In this document: positions 48,636 through 58,477 of the stretch, in pieces
Layout of the letters: each line of letters starts with the position of its first letter
Position numbering within the stretch: the first letter of the stretch is position 1
Source: Candidatus Latescibacterota bacterium
Lineage (GTDB): Bacteria; Latescibacterota; UBA2968; UBA8231
DNA: 64,000 nucleotides
Reading direction: 5' to 3'
Assembly (NCBI GenBank): GCA_965197905.1
Contig: CBDAOB010000005.1
Coordinates: forward strand, 1,120,001 to 1,184,000
The notes under the pieces: model-generated
The model's database searches: none
Told to the model about the DNA's origin: nothing
What the model saw: only the letters and a program-made list of their open reading frames with translations
Program-made: the position numbers and the translations under genes

Positions 48636-50328
48636 ATGCGGCTGTCGAACTACAATTTGGATATGAAACATTCCGTAAACATGAGCACCGAGCGCCTGCG
48701 TTGGTTGCTGGCGGAGCTACACAGGAACGAGAGTGACTATCGCGTCTGCGCCGCGGACGACATCGTAGGTCCCGGGGGGGCTGCTTACATCACTGCAAAG
48801 ACCGAGCTGACATCCAAACATCTGGAGTGGTTGGACCGTCGCAATCCGGATCCCGAAAACGCTCCCACGACGCTGGATGTGGTCTTTTACCGCGGCTCAG
48901 CCGTCGAGAGCCGGCCGCCTGAGGGGGCCCAAGGCAGAGGAACCTGTGCCGCAGGGAGATCGCCGGCAGCGGGCTGAGGCGGCCGCTTCCGAGGTGACAG
49001 AGCGGGCGCGTTTGGTGGCGACGAAAGCCGAAAAGGTCTACAGGAGCATCGGGAAACTCGAGTTTACGGCGGCAGATCTGCGGACGGACGAATCGTCGGC
49101 GCGTTTGAAAGAGCTGGAGGAGAACCTGCGGGATTTTCACGCCTCGGTACGCAAGGCGATCGATGAGTATCTAGAAGGAAATACCCTGGTTCTCGATCTG
49201 ATCCTCAAGTTTCAGCTCGATAAACAGACAGTGAGGCATGCCCTCAACGTGGCGGCATTCGCTACCGAAATGGTGGCGCAGATGGCGCTGAAACCGGGCG
49301 AAGATGACGAGCGTCTGAGGACTTATTTCAGCAATATCTCCGACGCCGAAATGGTCGAACTGCTCGGGGAGGAATCTCCGGAGGAGGCCTGGTCCTCACA
49401 AGAACGGGCGGACAAGCTGATGCAACTCTTCAGGCTTGAGCTGGTGGAGATTTTCCTCGCCGGATTCATGCACGACTGCGGATTATGGAACGAACCGTAT
49501 TTTCTTGACGAAGGGCACGAAATCAAAGGGGCCAAGATCGTCTCAGAGCTCCCTGAAGTAAGCACCTACGCGCCGGCGCTCATCAAAATCGTCCTGATGC
49601 ACTCGGATCTGTCGCGGTTGGCCAAGAGATTCGGGGTCGTGAAAATAACGGAATATCCCGATGATCCCGAGCGCATAACGCTGCGGCGGGAGTTTTTCAG
49701 CACAGAGGAAGAAGCGGAATCCGCGCTCAAGCTGAGGCGCGGAGATTTCAAGGCCGAGCTGTTGTCCGCAGCCGACTTGCGAAAGATTCTGCCGGTTGCT
49801 CTCGCCGAGTACTACATAACCCAGACCCAGGACGTCCACGCCAAGTCGCACTCCACCGTCGTTACTGATCTCGTCAGATATGCGGACCAGGGTGCGTTCA
49901 TCAAATACATGGTGGTGTTGTGCAACTCGCAGATTGATGTGGTCGCCCCCCGCAGATCCTACGTGAGGCTTGGGGGAGCGATCTCGGTACTGGTGCCAGA
50001 CCGGAAGAAAGAGTTGAAAGCAAAGCTGCTCGACGTAAACGGATTTGACGCAGGGAGCCTCTACCACGGCGATGACCGGCACTCGCCTCATCTCATATCG
50101 ATTTTTGTGCGTCAGGCGGATGGCAGCCGCGAGAAAGCCGAGTACGTCGCCGCCGACAGCAGCGGGTTGTGGGACCGGTCAGCCGGTCTGCACAGCCGAA
50201 TGTACATACCGGCGGGGCGCTTTCAGAATACCCTCGATTTCCGGGTCACCGGATTTATGGGTGAAGAGGCGTATGAGAAGATCCTGGGGGAGTACGAGGA
50301 GGAGCTGAAGAAACGCAAGATTTCGTAG
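48636..50328 (+). pseudogene. HD-domain protein (HD-GYP-like architecture, no GYP motif seen) with one frameshift near the G5 run at about 48925
   Basis: N-part DDIVGPGG...TELTSKHLEWL resembles HD-GYP N-termini; C-part RHALNVA...AGFMHDCG...HEIKGAKIV...IVLMH; GGAGG RBS. Confidence 0.6.
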
Positions 50329-50352
50329 GTCGAAAGTCATAGAGAAGCGGAC

Positions 50353-50395
50353 AAAAAAATTCCCTGCCGAGTGCCTAGCGGTACTCGACAGGGAG
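50353..50395 (-). terminator. Intrinsic terminator, U-tract on the minus strand
   Basis: Minus strand TCCCTGTCGAGTACC-GCTA-GGCACTCGGCAGGGA followed by ATTTTTTT. Confidence 0.75.
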
Positions 50396-50726
50396 CCCCA
50401 AGAAGATTGGACTCTAAGTCCACTAACAGAGATCGACCGCCGCGGCTGAAACTTGAGAAAAATTCGCTGAAAGCGAGAAAGTTTTCGACTGAAGGAGTAT
50501 GAACCAACGCTCGAGTTGATCTCTGCAATCGCCAGGTGGACAACAAATTGCGCGTCTGGCCACGGCGATGTATTCAGCTCCGTCCAGGCTCATGGGATAG
50601 CCCGGGCAGACCAAAAACAGTGCCAGCCATGGGCCTGGCTGCCTGGGTCTTTGGATCCCCGTTGCCACGGTTTTGCCGAACTCCGTTTTTTAAGAGGGTC
50701 ATAATGGCGAATGAATAAGGAACATC

Positions 50727-52106
50727 ATGATTGACATTAGAGCGATTCGTTCCAATCCGGACGGCCTCCGGGAGGCAATCCGCATCCGCAACGTGGATCC
50801 CAGCCTGGCGGATCTGGATCGTTGGTTGGAACTGGACGAGAGAAAACGACAGCTGCAGCTAGAGATCGATGGCTTGAATGGCGAGAAGAAAAAGTTGGCA
50901 CGTCTTGGCAAGTCCGATCCGGAGAAGGCGCGGGAGCAGGGCCAACGGCTGCGGGAAAAGGGGAAGCAGCTGGAACAGGAGATGAGCGAAATAACCTCCA
51001 AATGGCAGGAAATTCTCGACTGGTTTCCCAACTGGCCCCACCCCGACATGCCCGCGGGAACATCCGACGCCGAAAACGTCGAGTTAAAAGCCTGGATTCC
51101 AGGAAGCGGTTATCTGGACGGATCGCTGCTTGGTACCGGGGAAAAAAGTGCGGCGTCCATGCCCAATCGCCCCTGTCATGCCGCCGCCGGCGATTTCACG
51201 CCGTTGCATCACGCCGATCTGGGCGCCATGCTCGGGGGCGTCGACACCCTCCAGGGATCGAAGGTCTCCGGCTCCAGATTCGCCTATCTGATCGGCGACA
51301 TCGCTCGCTTGCAGTACGGTTTGACGCAACTCCTCGCAGATGAACTCCTGAACCGCGGCTACGACATGGTGGTGCCACCGCTCCTGGTGCGGGAACGCTC
51401 GCTCTACGGAACCTCGCACTTTCCAGAGGGACGCGATCAGGTCTACGAGATCAAATCCCACAATGTAGAGGAAGACGTGCAGCTTTTTCTGGTGGGATCT
51501 TCGGAGCCGACCAATTTCAGCTATTTTATGGATCGCACGTTGCGCGAGGACCAGTTGCCGGTCAAGATCTTTGCCGCCACCTCCTGCTTTCGTTCCGAGG
51601 CAGGCTCATGGGGAAAGGATGTAAAAGGTATCAAGCGGGTTCACCAGTTCGACAAGATTGAAATGAATGCCGTTTGCGCACCGGATCAGTCGGATGTCAT
51701 CTACGAGGAGTTCAGCGAGATCAATGAGTGGTTGCTACAGACGTTGCAACTGCCTTACCGGGTGGTGGAGAAATGTGCTGGAGACGCCGGGTATCTGGCC
51801 AGTCACCGACAACGGGACATGGATGTATGGCTCTCCGGCTCCCGTGAGTACATGGAGGTGATGACGGACACCAACACCACCGACTACCAGGCTCGTAGAC
51901 TCAACATCCGCTTCAAGGGAGAGAAAGGCGGGCCCAAGTTCTGCCATACCATCAATGATACCGGCTGCGCCATGGGGCGCATGCTCATCGCCATCATGGA
52001 CAACTACCAGCAGTCCGAGGGAGATGTCGTCGTCCCCGAGCCGCTCCGGCGCGTGATGGGGAAGGAGCGGATTGTGCCCAGACCCCCCGCTAGCGTGAGC
52101 GCTTGA
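50727..52106 (+). CDS. serS: Serine--tRNA ligase (bacterial type, divergent)
   Basis: MIDIRAIR N-terminal coiled coil, GSRFAYL, CFRSEAGS-GKD-KG-RVHQFDKIE, DYQARRLNIR, NYQ-G-V-VPE-LR; TAAGGA RBS. Confidence 0.92.
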   Translation: MIDIRAIRSNPDGLREAIRIRNVDPSLADLDRWLELDERKRQLQLEIDGLNGEKKKLARLGKSDPEKAREQGQRLREKGKQLEQEMSEITSKWQEILDWFPNWPHPDMPAGTSDAENVELKAWIPGSGYLDGSLLGTGEKSAASMPNRPCHAAAGDFTPLHHADLGAMLGGVDTLQGSKVSGSRFAYLIGDIARLQYGLTQLLADELLNRGYDMVVPPLLVRERSLYGTSHFPEGRDQVYEIKSHNVEEDVQLFLVGSSEPTNFSYFMDRTLREDQLPVKIFAATSCFRSEAGSWGKDVKGIKRVHQFDKIEMNAVCAPDQSDVIYEEFSEINEWLLQTLQLPYRVVEKCAGDAGYLASHRQRDMDVWLSGSREYMEVMTDTNTTDYQARRLNIRFKGEKGGPKFCHTINDTGCAMGRMLIAIMDNYQQSEGDVVVPEPLRRVMGKERIVPRPPASVSA

Positions 52107-52996
52107 TGAGCGCCAGGCGACTCAGTGGCAAGAAGATTTCCGCCGAGATGCGGGAAGAGATGAGGCTGGAGGTGGCAGCTCTGTTCGAGGAGCAGGGCCT
52201 CGTACCCGGGCTCGCGGTTGTGCTGGTAGGGCACGACCCGGCCTCCATCTCCTACGTGGACAGCAAGCGTCAGGCGTGCGCCGACGTCGGTCTCAACTCT
52301 GTAGAACGCCGACTGGATGCGGATGTTTCTACCGAAACGGTGCTGCAGGTAATTGCGGAGCTCAACACAGACCATGATATACACGGAATTCTGGTGCAGT
52401 TGCCATTGCCGGCACAGGATGAGCAGCAGGTTCTCAGCGCCGTCCAACCCGATAAGGATGTGGATGGGCTCCACCCGGTGAATCTGGGGCGGTTGATGCG
52501 GGAAGAGCGGGGGTTCTTGCCCTGCACCCCGTTCGGCATTCAGCAGATGTTGGTCCGCGCCGACGTCCCGGTGGAGGGCAAGCATGTGGTGGTTGTGGGT
52601 CGCAGCACCCTCGTGGGACGACCCGTGGCAAACATCCTTTTGCAAAAGAAACCCGGTGCCAATGCCACGGTAACCTTATGCCATACCGGAACGGTCAATT
52701 TGTCCAACTTCACGCGCCAGGCCGATGTTCTCATCGTCGCCGCAGGCCGACCCGACACGATCACGGCCGACATGGTGAAGGAGGGGGTAGTGGTGATCGA
52801 CGTCGGCGTCAACAAGGTGGATGCCCCGGATCGCGAGCGGGGATGGCGGCTCGTGGGGGACGTGGCCTACGAGGAGGTGAGGGGCAAGGCAGCGGCCATC
52901 ACGCCGGTTCCCGGCGGGGTGGGACCGATGACCATTACGATGCTGCTGCAGAATACGATCCTCGCGGCCAAATGGGCCCAGGACCTCGCTCCCTAA
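52106..52996 (+). CDS. folD: Bifunctional methylenetetrahydrofolate dehydrogenase/cyclohydrolase
   Basis: PGLAVVLVG, YxxxK, GILVQLPLP, KDVDG, PCTP, GRS-VGRP, TPVPGGVGPMT. Confidence 0.96.
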   Translation: MSARRLSGKKISAEMREEMRLEVAALFEEQGLVPGLAVVLVGHDPASISYVDSKRQACADVGLNSVERRLDADVSTETVLQVIAELNTDHDIHGILVQLPLPAQDEQQVLSAVQPDKDVDGLHPVNLGRLMREERGFLPCTPFGIQQMLVRADVPVEGKHVVVVGRSTLVGRPVANILLQKKPGANATVTLCHTGTVNLSNFTRQADVLIVAAGRPDTITADMVKEGVVVIDVGVNKVDAPDRERGWRLVGDVAYEEVRGKAAAITPVPGGVGPMTITMLLQNTILAAKWAQDLAP

Positions 52997-53026
52997 CCTA
53001 TTTTTCGAACCATTAGAGATGAGAGT

Positions 53027-55114
53027 GTGACTGGCAACAATCTTCGCATCGGCGCCGATGTAGGCGGCACCTTCACCGATGTGCTGCTTATGGATTCCAA
53101 CGGCAAGATCTGGACGCAGAAAGTGCCGTCCACGCCGCCAGACTTCGAGCGCGCCGTGCTCGAAGCTTCCCAGTTGTTGTTGCACAAGGCCGAAACCTCC
53201 GGCGATGCCGTGAGCCAAGTTGCCCACGGCACGACCGTCGCGACCAATGCTGTACTAGAACACCGGGGAGCGAAGACCGCCCTGATCACGACCCGGGGAT
53301 TTCGCGACGTCTTGGAATTGCGGCGCATCAGAGCGCCGCAGATCTACGATCTATTTTTCGACAAACCCGACATTCTGGTGGAGCGTTATCTGCGCTTCGA
53401 AGTGACCGAGCGGATCGCAGTGGATGGCGAGGTGCTCATCCCGCTCCAGGAAGCGGATCTGGAGAAAATCGTCCTGCGCATGGAGACCGAGGCGGTGGAA
53501 TCGATCGCCGTCTGTTTCTTGCACGCCTATGCCTTTCCCCAACACGAGATCGCGGTGGGGGAGTTCCTGCGCACGCGGTTTCCTGAGATGCCGATCTCTC
53601 TCTCCCATGAGGTGCTGCCCGAACGCAAGGAGTACGAACGTACGGCGACGACCGTGGTGAATGCCTACGTGCGGCCGATCATGCGCGGATACCTCGTCAA
53701 CATGCGCGCCGGGCTGAGCCTGCAGGAGATCGAAGCCCCGCTCCACATCATGCAATCGGCCGGCGGATTGACTCCGGACGACGACGCGGCGCTGCGCCCG
53801 GTCTTCATGCTCGAGTCGGGGCCGGCCGCTGGAGTGCTGGCCGCGGGGTTCACTGCACGCCGCATGGGTGTGGACAACGTCATTACCCTCGACATGGGAG
53901 GCACCACTGCGAAGGCGTCCATGATCGAGAACGGCCGCATCGACTACAGCCCTGAATACGAGGTTGGATCCTCCCTGTCGGTGGTGAACCGCCTGGTCGG
54001 GGGGGGCGGCGAGCTGATTCGAGCTCCCAGTATCGATATCGCCGAGGTCGGGGCGGGCGGCGGGAGCATTGCGTACCTGGACAGTGCCGGCGGTCTTCGG
54101 GTTGGGCCCCGTAGCGCCGGCGCAATTCCCGGTCCGGTCTGCTACCAACGCGGGGGCACCGAACCGACGCTCACTGACGCAAACGTGGTTCTCGGTTATA
54201 TACGTCCCGGCGATCTGGCCGACGGCGAAGTCAGCATCGACCGCGAAGCAGCCGAGCGCTCGATTGCGGACAAGATCGCCCGGCCGCTGGGAATGGACCT
54301 CATCCAGGCGGCGGAAGGAATCCACCGGATAGGCAACGCCCGGACCATGCGAGCGCTACGTGCAGTTTCTACCGAACGCGGCCGCGATCCGCGCCGTTTC
54401 ATTCTCATGGGTTTCGGCGGCTCCGGGCCGATTCATGTGGCGGGTCTCGCCGCCGAGCTGGGGATCTCGCGGGTGATCATACCGCCGCTTCCAGGGTTGT
54501 TCAGCGCTCTGGGATTACTGTTTTCGGGGATCGAACATCACGATGTACGCAGCTGCCTGCTCTCCGGGGCCGGCCTGAATCCCGATTCGGTGGGCAAGGT
54601 GGTGAACGAGATGCGAACCCAGATGCTGCGCCAGTTTGGTGAGGAGGGATTCTCTTCCGAAGACGTCGAGCTCGATTGCGAATGCGACATGCGTTTCAGG
54701 GGACAGACGTCGGAAATCCGGTTGGATTTGGTTCCTGGCCAGATCGATGAGCGCTCTATCTCGACCTTGCACCAGGCATTCACCGAAGAACACGAGCAAC
54801 TCTACGGGCACCGCTCTGATCCGGACAACCCAATCGAGGTAGTGGCCGTCCGACTCATCGGTCGCGCCGGGGTGCCGGACCGCGAAGGTTCCATGGAACC
54901 GGCCGAATATCTCGGCGTTGCGGCATCACGGCGAGAGGCCTGTTTTTCCGGCACCGTTAGGGAAACCCACATCGTGACCCGGCGCGATCTGGCATGCACG
55001 CTCGAGGGGCCTCTGTTGGTCGACGAATACGACTCCACCATCGTGATCCCTCCCGGTGCCAGCGCTCATCTGGACGAGTTCGGTAACATTGTCATGGAGA
55101 TGCACAATGCCTGA
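53027..55114 (+). CDS. Hydantoinase/oxoprolinase subunit A (ATP-dependent cyclic amide hydrolase)
   Basis: DVGGTFTD, HGTTVATNA, SGPAAG, DMGGTT, GAGGGS, SAGA-PGPVCY-RGG-PT-TDAN. Confidence 0.92.
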   Translation: MTGNNLRIGADVGGTFTDVLLMDSNGKIWTQKVPSTPPDFERAVLEASQLLLHKAETSGDAVSQVAHGTTVATNAVLEHRGAKTALITTRGFRDVLELRRIRAPQIYDLFFDKPDILVERYLRFEVTERIAVDGEVLIPLQEADLEKIVLRMETEAVESIAVCFLHAYAFPQHEIAVGEFLRTRFPEMPISLSHEVLPERKEYERTATTVVNAYVRPIMRGYLVNMRAGLSLQEIEAPLHIMQSAGGLTPDDDAALRPVFMLESGPAAGVLAAGFTARRMGVDNVITLDMGGTTAKASMIENGRIDYSPEYEVGSSLSVVNRLVGGGGELIRAPSIDIAEVGAGGGSIAYLDSAGGLRVGPRSAGAIPGPVCYQRGGTEPTLTDANVVLGYIRPGDLADGEVSIDREAAERSIADKIARPLGMDLIQAAEGIHRIGNARTMRALRAVSTERGRDPRRFILMGFGGSGPIHVAGLAAELGISRVIIPPLPGLFSALGLLFSGIEHHDVRSCLLSGAGLNPDSVGKVVNEMRTQMLRQFGEEGFSSEDVELDCECDMRFRGQTSEIRLDLVPGQIDERSISTLHQAFTEEHEQLYGHRSDPDNPIEVVAVRLIGRAGVPDREGSMEPAEYLGVAASRREACFSGTVRETHIVTRRDLACTLEGPLLVDEYDSTIVIPPGASAHLDEFGNIVMEMHNA

Positions 55115-56819
55115 GGTAGATCCGATCACCAGAGAGATCGTACAGAACGCGTTGTCGTCGGCGGCTGACGAGATGTCGCTGGGTCTGTATCGCACCGCTT
55201 ATTCCACTATCGTCCGCGACTGTTTGGACTATTCCACCTCGCTATGCAACGGCGCAGGAGAGATGATCGCCCAGGGTGTGACCATTCCGTTTCATCTCGG
55301 ATCCGTGCCCCACGCCATGGAAACCCTGCTGGAGAAATATGGTAACGAGATGGAGCCGGGGGACAGCTTCATCATGAACGACCCGTTCGGGGGCGGTATG
55401 CACATCCCCGACATCTATGTGGCCAAGCCGATTTTCTGGGAAGGCGAGCGGATCGCGTTCTCGGTGACTACCGCCCATCACCTCGATCTGGGGGGTCGAT
55501 TGCCGGGAAGCTCTGCGTGCGACAACACCGAGATCTTTCAGGAGGGATTGCGCATTCCCTGGCTGAAACTGTGCCACCGTGGCGAAGAGGACGAAGCGAT
55601 CTTCGCTTTGTTGCGAACCAATGTCAGGGTGCCGGAGAAGACCATTGGGGACCTTCGCGCCCAGATGTCGGCTGCAAACATCGGCGAGCGCTCGGTCACG
55701 CAGCTGATAGAGCGCTACGATCCTGAAACCTTCGCCGCCTGCACCGACGATCTCATCGCTTACACCGAGCGGCTGATGCGTTCGGAGATCGCCTCGTGGC
55801 CGGATGGGAGCAACAGCTTCGTCGACTACATGGACAGCGATGGCGTTCAGGGGCCGCGGGTGAAGCTGGAGGTGAAGGTGACCATCGAGGGAGACACCTT
55901 CACCGCCGACTTCACCGGCACCGACGGTCAGGTTCGTGGTGCGCTCAACGCCACCCGTTCCTTCACCGAAGGAGGCGTCGCCATGTGTGTACGGTGCGCC
56001 ACAAGGGAAGAGATGCCCAATACGGCGGGCATGTTCAAACCGTTGAATATCATCACCCAACCCGGCACGGTGGTGGACGTAGTGATGCCCGGCGCCTCCT
56101 CCATGCGGGGAGTTACCGGTTTCCGCATCGTCGATCTGGTGTTCGGCGCCATGGCCGGGTTGTTGCCCGATCGCGTGCCCGCTGCCGGGGAAGGGGGCAA
56201 TAGCCTCATGGTGATCGGCGGTCAACGTGAAGACCGTTCACCGTACGTCTATTACGAGCTCGTCACCGGAACCTGGGGTGCCCGCCCCGACCGCGACGGC
56301 AACGACGGTCTGTGCAATCCGGTGAACGTCGCCAGCAACATTCCGATCGAGCAGGCCGAAGCGGAGTATCCGGTGCGCATAAATCGGTACGGACTTGTGG
56401 ATAACTCCGGTGGCGCGGGAAAATATCGTGGCGGCCTCGCGGTCGAGCGGGAGTGGGAGCTGCTGGAAGGGGAGTCCCACCTTGCCCTGCGGACGGACCG
56501 GCGGGATCATCTGCCCTACGGGCTGTATGGGGGGTCGCCCGGTGGCGGGTCCAACACAGTGCTGACCGGGGAGGAGAAAGAAGAGGTGCTGCCGATCATG
56601 CTCTCCAGCACCATAAAAGCCGGAGAGCGACTATACCACCGCCAGGCCGGCGGCGGCGGATGGGGAGACCCGGTCGAACGGGAACCGGAGGCGGTTGCTC
56701 GCGACGTCAAGAACGGCAAGGTGTCGCCGGCGGCAGCTCGTGAGGAGTACCGCGTAGCGCTGGACTCTTCGGGTGCCGTGGACCCGGAAGCCACCAATCG
56801 CTTGCGAGCAACCAGGTGA
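55107..56819 (+). CDS. Hydantoinase/oxoprolinase subunit B
   Basis: RTAYS-RD-DYS, HLGS, NDPF-GG-H-PD, HH-DLGG-PGS, FQEG, GGAGKYRGG, GGGGWGDP. Confidence 0.92.
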   Translation: MPEVDPITREIVQNALSSAADEMSLGLYRTAYSTIVRDCLDYSTSLCNGAGEMIAQGVTIPFHLGSVPHAMETLLEKYGNEMEPGDSFIMNDPFGGGMHIPDIYVAKPIFWEGERIAFSVTTAHHLDLGGRLPGSSACDNTEIFQEGLRIPWLKLCHRGEEDEAIFALLRTNVRVPEKTIGDLRAQMSAANIGERSVTQLIERYDPETFAACTDDLIAYTERLMRSEIASWPDGSNSFVDYMDSDGVQGPRVKLEVKVTIEGDTFTADFTGTDGQVRGALNATRSFTEGGVAMCVRCATREEMPNTAGMFKPLNIITQPGTVVDVVMPGASSMRGVTGFRIVDLVFGAMAGLLPDRVPAAGEGGNSLMVIGGQREDRSPYVYYELVTGTWGARPDRDGNDGLCNPVNVASNIPIEQAEAEYPVRINRYGLVDNSGGAGKYRGGLAVEREWELLEGESHLALRTDRRDHLPYGLYGGSPGGGSNTVLTGEEKEEVLPIMLSSTIKAGERLYHRQAGGGGWGDPVEREPEAVARDVKNGKVSPAAAREEYRVALDSSGAVDPEATNRLRATR

Positions 56820-56867
56820 TGCGCTGGGAAGGGCGCAGCGGCTCATCTTTCAGTACGCAACGAGACT

Positions 56868-58463
56868 ATGGAGTGTGACCTTCTCATTTCCGGCGGTACG
56901 GTGATCGACGGCACCGGCGCCGATGCTATGGCGGCTGATGTGGGCGTAAAGGACGGCAAGGTCCTCGCCATCGGGCGGCTGGACGAGGTTGAAACATCCC
57001 GGCGTCTGGAAGTGGAAGGCCTCCTGGTCACACCCGGTTTCATCGATATCCACAGCCATTCTGATTTGACCCTGATCCTCGATCCGCGGGCCGTTAGCTC
57101 CATCACCCAGGGAGTGACACTGGAGGTGGTCGGCAACTGCGGTCACGGTTGCGCGCCGATCAACGACGTGGAGTTGGTGCGCTCGAACATCTACGGTTGC
57201 AAGCAGGAGCACGAGCTCGACTGGACCACGATGGCGGGGTATCTGGAGCGCCTGGAGACAGGCAAACCTGCGGTGAACGTATTGAGCCTAGTTGCCAACG
57301 GGAACCTGCGTCTCGCCGCCGCTGGACTCGTGGACAGGCCATCCACGGACACTGAGCTGCAAGAAATGAAGCGGACGTTGATGCAGGGGTTGGAAGAGGG
57401 TGCGTTCGGCTACTCCACAGGGCTCGAGTACGGGCCCGAGAGAGACTGCCCCGAGCAGGAGATCGCCGAGCTCTGCAAAGTAGCGCGCCAAGCCGGAGGA
57501 TTCTACGCTACGCACACCCGAAACATCGACGGTGATCCGGCGGAGACCATCGACGAGGCGATTCGCACGGCGCGAACCGCCTCTGTCCCGCTGCAGATCT
57601 CCCACATCTCGGTGGTTTCGCGCTTGGCGGATGACGGCCGCTGGGCGATTGAACAGGCGCTCCGTCAAGTGGACGAGGCTCGCAGATCCGGGTTGGACGT
57701 GGATTTCGATATGCATACTCGCCTCTTCGGCACCACCAACCTCAGCGCCGTCTTACCCCCGTGGGCGCTGGAGGGTACGAAAGCAGAGATCGGTAGCCGA
57801 CTGGGAAACGCCAGCACGCGCCGGGAGCTGAAAGCGAGTCCGAACATCATCTCGGCGCTGGCTCGGGGCGACTGGAGCCGCATCGTCATCTTCCACAGCA
57901 AATTCAATCCCGATCTGGCTACCAAAAGCATTGCCGAAATCAGCGACGGCCGTGGCCGTGAGCCACTCGATGCGATCTACGACATTCTGAGCGCGGAGGT
58001 TGAGGATCTGCACAGTACCATGATCGTCGCTTTTACCTACAACGAGGAGGACGTGCGCGTCGTCTTCGAGCATCCAAGATGTATGATCGGTTCAGACGCC
58101 ACCGCGCTGGCTCCAGATGGACCGCTGGCAGGCTCTTCCTTCCACGGGGCGTACACCTGGGCGTCGTGGTTCTTTCGTTATTTCGTGCACGAGAAGGGGA
58201 TCCTCACTCAGGAGGAAGCAGTGCGCCGATTGACCTCGTTGCCCGCCGACCGATTGGGGCTTGCGGATCGTGGGGTCTTGAAAGAGGGCAGCTCTGCCGA
58301 CGTGGCGGTTTTCGACCCAACCCAGTTCAAGGAACGGGGTACCACCTTCGAGCCGAACCAGACGGCGAGCGGCATGACCCATGTTATCGTGAACGGGGAG
58401 TTGGCGGTTGAGAACGGGGAGTTGACCGGGAACCGGTCAGGTCACGTTTTGCGTCGTAGCTAG
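56868..58463 (+). CDS. N-acyl-D-amino-acid deacylase (D-aminoacylase family amidohydrolase)
   Basis: PGFIDIHSHSD, QGVT-V-GNCG, STGLEY, H-R, ISH, IGSD, ADVAVFDP. Confidence 0.88.
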   Translation: MECDLLISGGTVIDGTGADAMAADVGVKDGKVLAIGRLDEVETSRRLEVEGLLVTPGFIDIHSHSDLTLILDPRAVSSITQGVTLEVVGNCGHGCAPINDVELVRSNIYGCKQEHELDWTTMAGYLERLETGKPAVNVLSLVANGNLRLAAAGLVDRPSTDTELQEMKRTLMQGLEEGAFGYSTGLEYGPERDCPEQEIAELCKVARQAGGFYATHTRNIDGDPAETIDEAIRTARTASVPLQISHISVVSRLADDGRWAIEQALRQVDEARRSGLDVDFDMHTRLFGTTNLSAVLPPWALEGTKAEIGSRLGNASTRRELKASPNIISALARGDWSRIVIFHSKFNPDLATKSIAEISDGRGREPLDAIYDILSAEVEDLHSTMIVAFTYNEEDVRVVFEHPRCMIGSDATALAPDGPLAGSSFHGAYTWASWFFRYFVHEKGILTQEEAVRRLTSLPADRLGLADRGVLKEGSSADVAVFDPTQFKERGTTFEPNQTASGMTHVIVNGELAVENGELTGNRSGHVLRRS

Positions 58464-58477
58464 CGACGGTCGCGGCC

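Noticed and set aside
50400..50726. T-box riboswitch upstream of serS
   Set aside because: No T-box consensus (AAGGTGGNACCGCG-like) and no plus-strand terminator before the serS start
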